DNA from: Protoeuglena noctilucae
Taxonomy: Eukaryota
Reading direction: 5' to 3'
DNA: 64,000 bases
Assembly (NCBI GenBank): GCA_958009085.1
Contig: OY253669.1
Location: 806,001-870,000 of the forward strand
The notes beneath the pieces are model-generated. The model was not told where the DNA came from and ran no database searches. It saw only the letters and a program-made list of their open reading frames with translations. Made by a program: the position numbers and the translations under genes. Positions 26,237-38,010 of this stretch are shown here, piece after piece (the stretch's first letter is position 1; each line of letters opens with the position of its first letter).

Positions 26237-28092
26237 CAGCTCACGGTCGCCCTCCCGGCCGTCAAGGTCGCGGGGGCGAGGCGCCAGGCCCGCTCGGCGC
26301 CCGCTTCGAGGACGTCCGTCACCCGGGCGTCCGGGAGGAGCTCGGTTCGCGCGCGCGCCACGGCAGCGCCCGGTGAGCCGCTGCTTCGCACGGCGACCGC
26401 GCAGCCCGCATCCAGCCGGCCGGTCTGCAAGCGACGCCGCGCCGCCCGGCTCCTCGCAGGTATCGACTTCAACAAGGTGGGCGTGGAGATGGATTCCAAG
26501 TCGCCGCTGGAGATCATGGACTACGCTCTGAAGGCAAGTGCTGCGGCCTTGTTTCGACATCCTCCCCGACCGCCCCTGCGCGATTGGGTCGCGTCACTCG
26601 CTGCGCTTCGCCTTGCATTACAGACGTTCGGCGAGGACATCGCGATCGCTTTCTCCGGCGCGGAGGACGTGGCGCTGATCGAGTACGCGCACCTCACCGG
26701 CCGCAAGTACCGCGTCTTCTCGCTCGACACGGGCCGCCTCAACCCGGAGACCTACCGCCTGTTCGACAAGGTCAAGAAGCACTACGGCATCCGGATCGAG
26801 TACACGTTCCCCGACTCCCAGGAGGTCGTCGATCTCGTCCGGGAGAAGGGCATGTTCTCTTTCTACGAGGACGGCCACCAGGTGCGGCACGCTGCGGAAA
26901 TCACAAACGTATTCTAGGAGAAGAGAGCAGTGTGCGCGACACGGGCAGGCCGCATCCCCGCGCGCAGGAGTGCTGCCGCGTGCGCAAGGTGCGGCCACTG
27001 CGCAAGCAGCTGCGCGGCCTCAAGGCGTGGATCACGGGGCAGCGCAAGGACCAGTCGCCCGGCACGCGTGACGAGGTGCCCGTGGTGCAGGTCGACCCCG
27101 TCTTCGAGGGTGCTCAGGGTGAGGGGCGCTCGGGAGGTGCGATGCCGGCGTGGGGCGGGCGTCTGGCACGGGGGCTCACCGGCGGTCGCAATCCCCCGCA
27201 GGCGGCCCCGGCTCCCTGGTCAAATTCAACCCGCTTTCGAACATGAAGTCGGCGGAGGTTTGGAACTTCCTGCGCGTGATGGGCGTCCCGACCAACGAGC
27301 TGCACCAGTGCGGGTACATCTCGATCGGCTGCGAGCCCTGCACGCGGCCCGTGCTCCCCAACCAGCACGAGCGCGAGGGCCGCTGGTGGTGGGAGGATGC
27401 GAAGGCCAAGGAGTGCGGCCTGCACTCTGGCAACATCAAGAAGGACGAGACGGGCGAGGGCAAGGGCAACGGTGCGGAGGAGACGCGGGACCTGTTCCAG
27501 TCGCCCGCCGTCACGGCGCTGGACAAGAGCCGGGCCGAGAAGCTGGCCAAGGTGGGTGCACTTGTCGATTGCACTGCGGCGCGTGGGTGGGTCAACAGCA
27601 AGGCAGGGCCGGCCCGGCTGCGCGTGAGATCTGGCGTGGACCCGCGGCCTGCCTCGCGATGTCCGCAGGGCGAGGGCCGGGACAAGGACACTCTGCTCGT
27701 GGTCTACGCGCCGTGGTGCCAGTGGTCCCAGGTGAGATTGACAGCGTCCACGAACGCGACTGGGCGGACTGGCCGCAGCCTGGCTTCCACCTTTGGCAGG
27801 GTTCTCAAGGCCGTGGTGTATCCGATCATGCCGCCGCTTTCCTGTGCCTGCGCAGGGCATGGAGGAGTCGTACAACCAACTGGCGGAGAACCTCAAGGGC
27901 TCGTCGGTGACGGTGGCCAAGTACCGGGGCGACAACGACCGCGACTTCGTGGGCTCGCAGCTGCAGACCAAGACGTTCCCGACGATCGTCATGCTGCCGC
28001 GGAACTCGGACCGCGTGGTCAAGTACCCGACGGAGCGCCGCGACGCGGCCACGATGGAGATGTGGGTGCGGGCCATGGCCTCTGACATGTAG
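26237..28092 (+). CDS. APR: Plastid 5'-adenylylsulfate reductase, [4Fe-4S] type, with C-terminal thioredoxin-fold domain; initiator codon not resolved
   Basis: [84 protein letters not shown], then YAPWCQWSQ...TFPTI. Confidence 0.95.
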
Positions 28093-28303
28093 ACTGACCA
28101 TCTCCGGTGACGAGACAGATGTGCAGCAGTTGCGAGGGTCGCGCAACGACTCTTCTAGCGTTGTGAAGCGAAACAAAAGGACGTGACCGTCTCTGGCCTT
28201 CTTTCAACTGCGTCTGCGCCTGCGCCTGAGGTATCTTGCCATGCCCGCCCTGCCGCTGCGATTTGTCGGGACGTTGTCGAGCGAGCACAGCAGACGTGCC
28301 GCG

Positions 28304-29707
28304 ATGGCTGCCGCTGGCAGGGCACCGCAGCAAATATCCAGCGATGGTGAGCCATCTACACTCAGAAGCAGGGCTGTCGCCTCCGCGGCGGCGTCTTTGT
28401 CGACGGAAAGGAATGCGTGCATGATTAACGTAGCGAGAAATGACCGATCGAGGAGCTTATCACCCGCGCAGTGCGCACCGTGCGGTTTCCTGAGCCACGC
28501 ACGCCGTTCAGAACCGAGGTGATCGATCTGCACGCTGCCTCATCGCGAGAACAACAGTTTGGGCGTGGCAGCGATGAGGATGCGGCAGGAGCGTCCTCCA
28601 GTGGGGCGCCACCACGACTCACGGTCATCGTTGTCCCAGGCAACCCGGGCTGCGGTGCCTATTACACCACGTTTGCAGGCTCGCTGGGTCAGCGGCTGTC
28701 CGATGCCGGCGTGCCATGCGCGGTGCGGTGCGTGAGCCTCGCGGGCCACAGCATCGGGTTCACAGCAGACGCGGTGGGCCTCGCCGGTCAAATAGCGAAC
28801 CTCTCGGCCCTTCTCGAGGCACACCTGGAGCCCGGCATGCCCGACGTCGCCATCCTTGGCCACAGGTCAGCGCCTAGCGAGGGAAGCCCAGGGCTATAGT
28901 CGGTCCCTGTTTGGACACGAGCCCCTGCATGTGATGCCGTGTATCATGCTGCCCTCCCCCGCAGCATCGGGTCCCACATCGCTCTCCATGCGCTGCTGGA
29001 CCTCGATCGCCGCGGCGTGCTGGGGCGAAGACGAGGGCAGGCACGGTTGCCCTCCCTCGCGCACGTGGGTCTCCTCATGCCCTTCGTATCCACCACGCGC
29101 TCCAATCCCACCCAGTCGAGGCTCCGCCTCCTCACCCGCGTGCCCGCGCTCTTCGGCGCGCTCTTCCGCCTCATGGCGTGGCTCCCGCTGTGGCTGCAGC
29201 ACCGCGTCTTGTCCGCCCTCGGGCTGGACGTCGAGGCGGGCGAGACCACAGCGCGACTCATCGCCTCCGGCCAGGCTTACCGCTCTGCCGTCCTCGCCCG
29301 CGACGAGTTCACGTCACTCGACGCCGAGCCAGACTATAGGGGCTTCCGAAAGTTCCAAGGTGAGTGTTACTCACGCTGTGCTGGTACGTACCTGCTCCTC
29401 TGGCATACCCCTGGACGCTGGGGAAAGGGTGCCTCCGTCACTCTGTCCCAGCGCGGCCTCCCGCGGCACGCACCGTCTCGCGTCTCGATGCGCCGCAGAA
29501 GTGATAGCCGTGTATGTCGCCCCTGAGGACGACTGGGCGACTCCGCCAGCCGTGGCTGCGCTGGAGAGGGAGCTCCCGCGCGCGGTCTTCGTCGCCCTCC
29601 CCGGCGACGTCGTGCACGGCTTTTGCGTGTCCAAGCAGCAGAGCGCGGTGGTGGCGGACGCCGTGGCTGCCCGGCTCGTGCAGAGCGCCGCTGTGCTAGC
29701 CCAGTAA
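28304..29707 (+). CDS. Lipid-droplet-associated hydrolase (LDAH-like alpha/beta hydrolase); alternative start 28241
   Basis: VIVVPGNPGCGAYYTTF, SLAGHS, ILGH|SIGSHI nucleophile elbow (GHSIG), DDWA and VVHGFCV catalytic Asp/His motifs. Confidence 0.85.
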
Positions 29708-29996
29708 GCGGCTGTGTTGCGTCAAGCAGGCGCAGTCGGCCCCGCGACGACTCTTCCCGCCGTTCAACTCCGGGGGGCCACTGAGCGACCTAGAAAATCA
29801 GTGTCAGTGCGAGCGCGAGGGTCGATGCTCCCGAGCATGTCGGTGGGGCTGTGCGCCCCGCAAGAAGCGAGCGGCGGGCAAGGGCCCGGCAAGTCCGCGC
29901 TAGGCATCCCGGACTGCGTCGCGGGAGCCAAGGATATCCAAGTCAATCGGCACCGGTCGCCCCGGGTCTGGCGCATTGCGCCTCCCCGGGCGGCGT

Positions 29997-32082
29997 TCAA
30001 GGCCGCACCTCCGTGGGCACCTCGTGCGACACGGGAGCGGCCGCGTGCGCCACGCCATTGCTCGCCTCCAGCCGCGCCCTCTTCTTGGCGATCTGCGCCC
30101 CCACCGCCCACATGACCCCCGTGCGCCCCAGGCCCGGCGGCTGCACGGGCTTGTTGATCCACTCCTGCTTGGTCGCCACCAGCGCGTCCCACTTCTCGTC
30201 CGCGTCCGCGAGCAGCTCCACCAGCTCCGCCTCCTCCGGGGTCGCGCACAGCGTGCCCGCCGCCGTCTTGGCACCCCCCTTGGCGTACTGCTCCGCACGC
30301 TCCTGCGAGGGCGGAGCCGGGAGGCGGTGCGCTTACCACGCGCGGAGCCGCTTGCGTTCGCCACGCCCGGGCAGCTGCCAGCGAGGCCCTGGGTTGGGTC
30401 GCGGGGCACCCCGCGGCGCTCACCGCCAGCGCCTTGGCCCGCTCCCCGCCCCGGACGATGAAGTCCGTGTAGAGCCCCATCTGGCGGAACTTGGCGTACC
30501 GGTCGAGTCGGATCTCGTCCTCGGTCATGCCCTGGTAGTGCCGGTAGGTGCGCATGAGGGCCTCGCGGATGGCGGGGAAAGCCTCCATGGGGTTGGCGTG
30601 CGCGCCGCCCTGGGGCTCGGGGACGATCTCGTCCATGATGCCCATGCGGACGAGGTCGCTGGAGGTGATGCGGAGGGCCTCGGTGGCCGTGCCGGCCTTA
30701 TCGCGCGACTTCCACAGGATGGCCGCGCACGCCTCGGGGGAGGCCACGTAGTAGACGGCGTTCTGGAGGATGAGGCTGCGGTTGGCGCACCCGATGGCCA
30801 GCGCGCCGCCGGACCCGCCCTCGCCGATGACGAAGGAGACGATGGGGACCCTGAAGCCGAACATCTCGCGCAGGTTGACGGCAATGGCCTCGCCCTGCCC
30901 CAGCTCCTCCGCCGTCTTGCCCGCGTACGCGCCCGGGGTGTCGACGAACGTGACGATCAGGAAGCCGAACTTGTCCGCGTGACGCATGAAGCGCAGGGCC
31001 TTGCGGTAGCCATTGGGCTGCGGCATGCCGAAGTTGCGGTAGATGTTCTCCTTCGTGTTGCGCCCCTTCTGGTGCCCGATCATCATAAACGTGACCCCGT
31101 CGATGGAGCCCAGCCCGCAGACGACGGCGGGGTCGTCCAGCCCGCCCCGGTCCCCGTGCAGCTCCACGAACTTGTCCGTGATGTTGAGGGCGATGTCGAG
31201 GAAGGTCGGGCGGTTGGGGTGCCGGGCGACCTGCGGGCGGGAGGGGCCCCGGGATTCGTGTGCGGGGCCATAGTAGTCCAGCGCCCACAGGCAGGCGCGC
31301 CAAACGTCGCAGGCCACCGCGGGTCCCTCTCGCCGGCAGATTTGAGATCCGCGATCATGGAGGGCGGACCCTCTCCTCGCGATCAGATACCTAGCGGCTC
31401 GCGCGGGGGCGCGGGCGGGGGCGCTCGCCTGCAGCCGCTGGGTCGGCGTCAGCCGCGAATACGTCTCCTGCCGCAGCGCCGACGCCCGGGCCTCCAGCTC
31501 AGCAATCTGGGACGACACGTCTACCCCGTTCTCCTCAGCCACGCGCCGGACCTGGGGGCGGGGCGGGAGGGGGCGCGGTGCTGCGTTGCGCTGGCCCTCA
31601 TCCAGTGGCCTCGGCTCCCCCGCCGCGCGAGGGCGCCCCAGGCGACGGCGTCCGAGCCGGCGCATGTCCAGGAAGCGACGGACCCTTCCCCGCGCGCGCG
31701 GCGGGCGGCGCACCTCGTTGATCCGGTTGTCCAGCTCCACCAACGGCTTCTCGAAGTCGAGGACCGTGATATTGGACGCCTTCTCCTGCACAGGCCCAAA
31801 CTTAGCGAGAAGGGACTGAATCCACTCCCGCCCCCCGCCCTTGCGCACCTCCCGCGGCGTGTCGGGGGGAAGGGGTTGCTCTGCGCGGGAGGGAGCGAGG
31901 GAGTCGTTCCCCGGCCGTGCCGCGCCTCCCACGCGTCGCTTGAGGGACATCGCCCGCAGATACCGGGCTGCGGTGCGCCCTGGGTGGTCGGCCGGCGGGA
32001 AAAGCTCGGCTCCGACCCCTGCCCGCATGTTGCGGCGCGATCCCCCGGCGAGCGGCGAAACGGCCACGCCGATGCTACCCAT
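29997..32082 (-). CDS. accA: Plastid acetyl-CoA carboxylase carboxyltransferase alpha subunit
   Basis: LDFEKPL, LTPTQRLQ|VARHPNRPT, ELHGDR, GHQKGRNTKENIYRNFGMP, FVDTPGAYAG, IGEGGSGGALAIG, ASPEACAAILWK; start approximate. Confidence 0.96.
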
Positions 32083-32690
32083 GTCCACGCCCGCGTCGGG
32101 TGACGCGTCGACCGAGGCGAACGCGCGCCCCAGAGCCGAGGGGGAGTCCCCGGAGCCTCGCACCCCGTCCCCGCGCCCGGGGAGGAGCGGGAGGGGTCGA
32201 AAAGGACACACGCTCTCAAGAGGTCTCAAAGAGAGCGGGTGGGCCTCCCTGTCTCACCCCCCTGCTTGGCCTGCACGCGGATAAACCGCCGGCTCCCGGC
32301 GAGGGACGCCCGAGACCCCGCCCTCCCCCCCGACGGGCAGCAAGGCTTGGCCGTCCGCAAGCCCGCCATCGGCGCTGCCATCTCCTCCCCTCGCCCCCTC
32401 GCTCTCCCAGTCGCACGTCGGCCTGTGTGGAAGCCCGCCGCCGGCACTGCACGGTCGCGTTCGGCGTTCCGAGAAAAGCGAGTGTCTTGCGGAGGTCCCC
32501 ACGCCTGCCCACAAGCGAGACTGGCGCCACATGTGCCAGTGCCCTAGGCCACATGGCGCCGCTCGCCGTGCGGGCTCATGGGCCTCCGCCTCGAGGGTGC
32601 GGGACTGACTGGTACCTGCTCCCCGCCTTCGCTGGCATCCGCTTTGGCAACCGCCGTATCGGGTCGGCGATCCCCGCTCCCCCCAGCGCC

Positions 32691-34223
32691 ATGCGAATGC
32701 TGGCACGGTCCCCGGCCGTCGTGGGCGTGGCTGCACGTCGTGCGAGCGGGCTGCGGAATGGCGCGCCCGCCTCGCCGGCCTGCGTCCGCGCTGCGGCTCG
32801 CACCCGCCCAGCCGAGGTGGAGATGCCCCCGCGCGCGCCGTCCAGCGGCGATGCGGGCGTTCAGCCCGCCAGTTCTCGCTCGACTGACAACCTGGTTGCC
32901 GCGCTGCCCTCGACGTCGGAATCGAGCGCGAAAAGGTGGGGATTCACGGACAGCCAGGAATTCGATCCCTGGGGACGGCCGTCGGCGCGCGAGCTGGGGG
33001 CGCGCGGGGCGCACCTTGCGCGTCGGGGCGATTTGTTGGTGCGGATGCTGCCGGCGCGCGACGTGGTGCCCCCTGCTGTGCGCGGCAGGGTGACAACGGG
33101 GGTCGACTGGCAGGCCCGGCGCAACCGGCTGCTCAAGCGGCAGGCCAAGGCCCGCGAGCAGCTCACGTACAAATTTGCGGCCGTCGCGTCCACCCTGGCC
33201 ATCGGCTCGATCGCGGTCGTGTGCACGGCGCTGAGGTGAGTGCTCGAGCATTTTGGATCGCCGGGCGCGGCGTCGGGGGCCGATGCCGATCCCCCGCGCG
33301 GCCCGCGCCGCTCCTGGTGTCTCCAGGAAACGCGTGGGATACTTGCGCCCCGTTTATAGGCGCGGGTCGCCGCGGCAGAGGGCCTCCCTCCCGTTGGTGA
33401 CTTCGCCGGATGCTCCGCGGCGCGAGACGCCGGCTCGCCCCGCCCCGCGAGCAGGTTCTACTGGCACATGAAGGACGGCGGCGATTTCCCCTGGGTCGAG
33501 TTCTGCAGCACGCTCTTGCTGATTGGGGGGGGCGCGGTGGGCATGGAGTTCTGGGCGCGGTGGGCGCACAAGGCGCTGTGGCACGACAACGAGCTCGGCT
33601 GGTCCCTGCACAAGTCCCACCACGAGCCGCGCATCGGCCCCTTCGAGAAGAACGACATTTTTGCCATCATCAACGCCGTCCCCGCCATCGCCCTTATCCT
33701 GTACGGCTTCGTGACCCCCACCGAGGTCGGGGGCCTCTGCTACGGCGCCGGCCTCGGCATCACCCTTTTCGGCATCTCCTACATGTTCATCCACGACGGG
33801 CTCGTGCACAAGCGCTTCCCCGTCGGGCCCCTGGAGCAGGTCCCCTACCTCCGTCGAATCGCCGTGGCACACAAGGTGCGTCGCCGATGCCGCATGGCAG
33901 CTGGGGACATGATGGAGCCTGCCTTGCCGTCGTAGCGGTACTCTGCCGCCCTACGCGATCTGCCCCACGGACAGCTGGCTGCGACGCCCGCGAAGGCTCC
34001 TCGTCAATGCCGCCCCCGCCTTGTCCGTGAGCTCTCACTACGTGTCCCGTCCCCGCAGCTCCACCACTCGGAGAAGTACCAGGGCGTTCCCTGGGGCCTT
34101 TTCCTGGGGCCGCAGGAGCTCGAGTTGGCGGGGGCGAGGGCGGAGCTGGACGCGCTCGTGCAGCAGCTCGGGACGGGGGACATCAAGACTTTCAACGTGG
34201 ATCGCAAGGTCCCCGTCCAGTGA
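32691..34223 (+). CDS. CHYB: Non-heme di-iron beta-carotene hydroxylase
   Basis: GMEFWARWAHKALWH, LHKSHH, PFEKNDIFAIINAVPA, HDGLVHKRFP and AHK|LHH histidine boxes; transit-peptide-like N-terminus. Confidence 0.95.
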
Positions 34224-34586
34224 CGGCCGGACGCACGGAGTAGTAGCAGTTGCAGATTGGTCAGGGCGCGCGCTTTCCTACCCTTTCCCCTGGCGGACGC
34301 GAGGCCTGAAGCCCGCTACAGTGACTCTGCCCAATCCTGTTGAAGATACATGTGCTGTCTGCCGGGATAGGGAAGGTTAAGAGGCTAGCATTCACTGAGC
34401 AGTCAGAGGGACAGCAAAGACAGGGGAGAAGATGGGATTCAGCGCCAGCGAGGTCTGCCAGTAGTGGCGGGGGCGCCTTGCCACAGCAGCCCCGCCTCGC
34501 TGCCACCACCTCAACACATCGACAGCTCGACTGCGCGGTGGCGCATGCCTCTCCCTCACGAGGGGAAGGGGGTCTAGCTTCGTGTC

Positions 34587-37576
34587 ATGGCGATGTCGCG
34601 CGCCCTGCCCTCGTCGCGGCAGTGCGGGGCGACCTGCCCTGTCGTTCAGCCATTTCGGCATCGTTCGTGGCGCGTGGGCGTCCCGCCGACCCACTTCCGC
34701 CGGGAACTCGGCCCCGAGAACTCGGGGCCCGGGAATGCCGGCCCGGACAGGCGACTCCGGACGCAGGTGACTTCCTCGCGCAACGTGCTCAGCAACAGGC
34801 TCGGCCGCCGCGTCCCCGCCTCGCCCGCTCGGTGCCGGGGTGGCGCGGGGGTCGGCTTGGGAGAGGCCTTTGGTGGTGTCCGTTTGTGCGCGCAATCTCG
34901 CATCGCCTGCTGCGCCACGGCCTCCCTGCACAGACATGGCGAGCTCGTTAGCATGCCCAGCGCATTTCTGCGCTTCTGTAGCCACCTGGGGCGCGCGGGA
35001 CCTGTCCACGCACGGCCCTCGTCATCATCCCCGCGCGCGGCCCCTTCGCGGTCCTGAGGGCAAGCGGTTGCTCGACCGTGCGGGCCTTCATCGTTCACAT
35101 CGCGGAGATGTGTACTCGGGTGCATCCGATTGGCCTGTGTCGCGCCCCCCATCCTCCTGCGGCGACGCGCCCGTGCTCGCTCCCCTCGCGCGCAGGCTCG
35201 CGCGTCCGCCGGTCACATGAGCGGCTCTGCGGACGTCATCAAGGAGGCGGATCTCCACATGCTGGAGCGCGCCGCGCAGTGGTCTCTGGAGTCGGTGGGC
35301 GAGACGAGCCCGCACCCCAACGCCTGCTGCGTGCTCGCGGACGCCGGCGGCCAGCTCCTGACTCACGCGTCGCAGCGCGCGCACGGCTCGATGGCGTGCG
35401 AGGTCGCGGCGGTCGGGCGGTGCGCCCCGGGCGCGGCGCGCGGCGGCACGGCCTACCTCAACCTGGAGACGGGCGACTGCCACGGGGAGCCGGCGGCCGT
35501 GCGCGCCCTCATCGCGTCCGGCGTCGAGCGCGTCGTCATCGGCATCCGCCACCCGCTGCTGCACTGGCGCGGCCGCTCCGTGCGCGCCCTGCGCGAGGCG
35601 GGCGTCGCTGTCCACGTCCTGGGGGAGTCTCCCTGCGCCGCGCCCGCGGACCTCGAGCGCCGCGTGTACGGCGCCTGTCTGGCCGCCAACGACGCGCTCC
35701 TCGTCCGCGCCCACGCGGGCCGGCCCATGTCCGTCCTCAAGTATGCGATGACCCTCGACGGCAAGATTGCCACCCACACTGGCCACGCCTCCTGGGTCAG
35801 CTCGCCGGAGTCGCGCGAGCGCGTCTTCGAGCAGCGGGCTGCGTCGGACGCCGTCATCGTCGGAGGCAACACCGGTGAGGCTCGGCACACGCCGCGATCT
35901 GCGGGATGCCGGAGGGGTGTGCTGAAGGGGTGTGCCGCGGGCGGCAGAGCAAGAACTGCGTCGTCCTCGCGGTCCTTGGCCGCAGTGAGGCGGGACAACC
36001 CGCGCCTGACGACTCGCCGGGACAGCGGCCACATGCCCGCGCGGGTGGTGCTGACGCGCACGCTCGACCTTCCCTCCAAGGCCAACCTGTGGGACACCAC
36101 GCTGGCGCCCACCATCGTCATGACGCAGCGCGGCGCCCGCAAGAGTTTCCAGCAGGAGCTGGCCGCGCGCGGAGTCGAGGTCGTCGAGTTCGACTTCCTG
36201 GGTGCGTGGCGCAGAGTCCAGATGCGCCGCGGCAGCTTAGATGCACGGCTTTTATGTGGCGAGAACGGCCGGGCACGAAACGTCACATCGTGCGGCGCGC
36301 CTCGCTTGCAGAGCCCAAGGCGGTGACGGCGTACCTGCACGACCGGGGATTCCTCCGCCTCTTCTGGGAGTGTGGGGGCACGTTGAGGTGAGAGGCCCCT
36401 CAGAAAGGACCGCGTGGGCCCACGGGCGTGCGTTTGGCTCACGAAGCAGAGCACAAAGTGTCGCTGCCACACGCACACGGTGATGCAGGGCCGGCATGAG
36501 GCGGCGAGCCACACGCTCTGATCCGATCTCCCCGCAGCGCGCCGGCCATCCAGGCGGGGATCATCGACAAGGCCATCGCTTTCGTCGCGCCCAAGATCAT
36601 CGGCGGCACGCACGCCCCCACCCCCGTGGGCGACCTGGGCTTTGTGGAGATGACGCAGGCAGTGGCGGTGGTGGACGGGCAGTGGCAGGCCTCTGGGCCC
36701 GATATCATGCTCACCGGGTACCTGGCGTCGACGGTGCCGTCCCTGGCGGCCCTCGACGAGGCGCTGGACGCCGCCTTAGCCGTCCGCCAGGCGCGCGCGC
36801 TGTCCGGGGCCGATGCGTCGCCTAGCGGGGGCGACGACGACAAGCACGGGCCGTCGCGGCCCTCGGCGATCAGGAAGGGCCGGCAGGGGCGCACCGCGGT
36901 GAGCCCGGCAACGCGAGCGACCGGCCCTTTGCGCGAGAATTGGCGCGACGCACACGGAGCGTGCCTGAGCACGTTTCCCACTCTCCCTCGGTCGCAGCCG
37001 GGCTCGCGTGGGGTGGCGGAGTTCTACAAGGCTTGCGACGAGTGGGGCGCGCTGAGCAACTTCAGCCCGCACCCCATCTCGATGCCCGAGGGGGGCGGGC
37101 GGTCGCGGGAGTGGCGGTCGGTGGAGCATTACTACCAGGCACAGAAGTTTGCGGGGGTGGCGGGGGCGGAGGAGGTGGTCGAGGCGATCTGGGTGGCCGC
37201 TTCGCCGGAGGAGGCGGCGCGCATCGGCCGGCGGACGCAGCGGCAGCGGCCGGAGTTCGTGCGGGCGGACTGGGACTCGGCGAAGGTGGCGGTGATGCGG
37301 TCGGCGCTGTGGGCGAAGTACTCGGCGCACGCGGGGCCGCGGGAGATGCTGCTGGCGACGGCGACGGGGGGCCCGGACGGGGGGCCGCTGGAGGTGGTGG
37401 AGGGGTCGCCCCACGACGCGTTTTGGGGGAGGGGGCGAGAAGGCGCGGGGGCCAACCAGCTGGGCCGGCTGCTGATGGAGATCCGGGAGGCTCTCCTGGC
37501 TGGGCGGGGGCCACCGAAAGGCGTTGTGGAGGAGCAGGTTGCAACGCGCGGGGAGGAGACGGCACGGGCCCTCTGA
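34587..37576 (+). CDS. PYRR: Riboflavin biosynthesis PyrR: degenerate deaminase + pyrimidine reductase + C-terminal NADAR (COG3236) domain
   Basis: Deaminase Zn ligands degenerate (ACEV for HAE, LETGDCHG); KYAMTLDGKIA, VGGNT|VRRDNPRL, WECGGTL, APKIIGG; C-terminal FYKACDEWGALSNF..WRSVEHYYQAQKF..VEGSPHDAFWG..NQLGRLLMEIRE. Confidence 0.92.
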
Positions 37577-38010
37577 CGAGCATCGCGCCCCGCACGTGAC
37601 CATGACGATGACGACTGGCGACTGTTCGCATTGCCTGGCCGCTTGTGTGGCTGCGCCGGTCGTGGTCCGTTTCAAGCAAGTCCTGGCGCGGTGATGGAAT
37701 GGAGCGCGGCAAAGCTTTCACATCGCAGCACCGCGGGTGCCGCGCTGGGGAATCCAACAATGGTGTGGGGGTAGAAGGAGATACCTAGTGCTGAGCACGC
37801 ACCAGCCGGGCGCGCCCCTCCGCCCGGCTAGCAGTAGCATGACAGCGGGGCGCTTCGGCAGTCGTTGCGCCTCAATAGCCGATGCGCTTTCCGTGCCTCC
37901 ATGGCGGCACGTCACACCGGACTCTGTGCCTCGGGCGGCCTCGACTCCTCGTCGTGCTCCGATGCCTCCCTGCGGCCCAGCGAGGAGGCGCCTGAGAGTT
38001 GGGGAACCCA

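Noticed and set aside
26204..26239. TAG/TAA-to-Gln reassignment as in some ulvophytes
   Set aside because: TAG or TAA ends APR, the TPR gene, the transporter and LDAH at expected C-termini, and I found no in-frame TAR within conserved exons.
29851..32103. Long antisense and overlapping ORFs (e.g. 750 aa opposite accA; many Arg/Pro/Gly-rich ORFs)
   Set aside because: Expected shadow frames at this GC content and codon bias; no recognisable domains.
34587..37576. Dead deaminase + reductase + NADAR fusion as a novelty
   Set aside because: This is the known plant/green-algal PyrR architecture.
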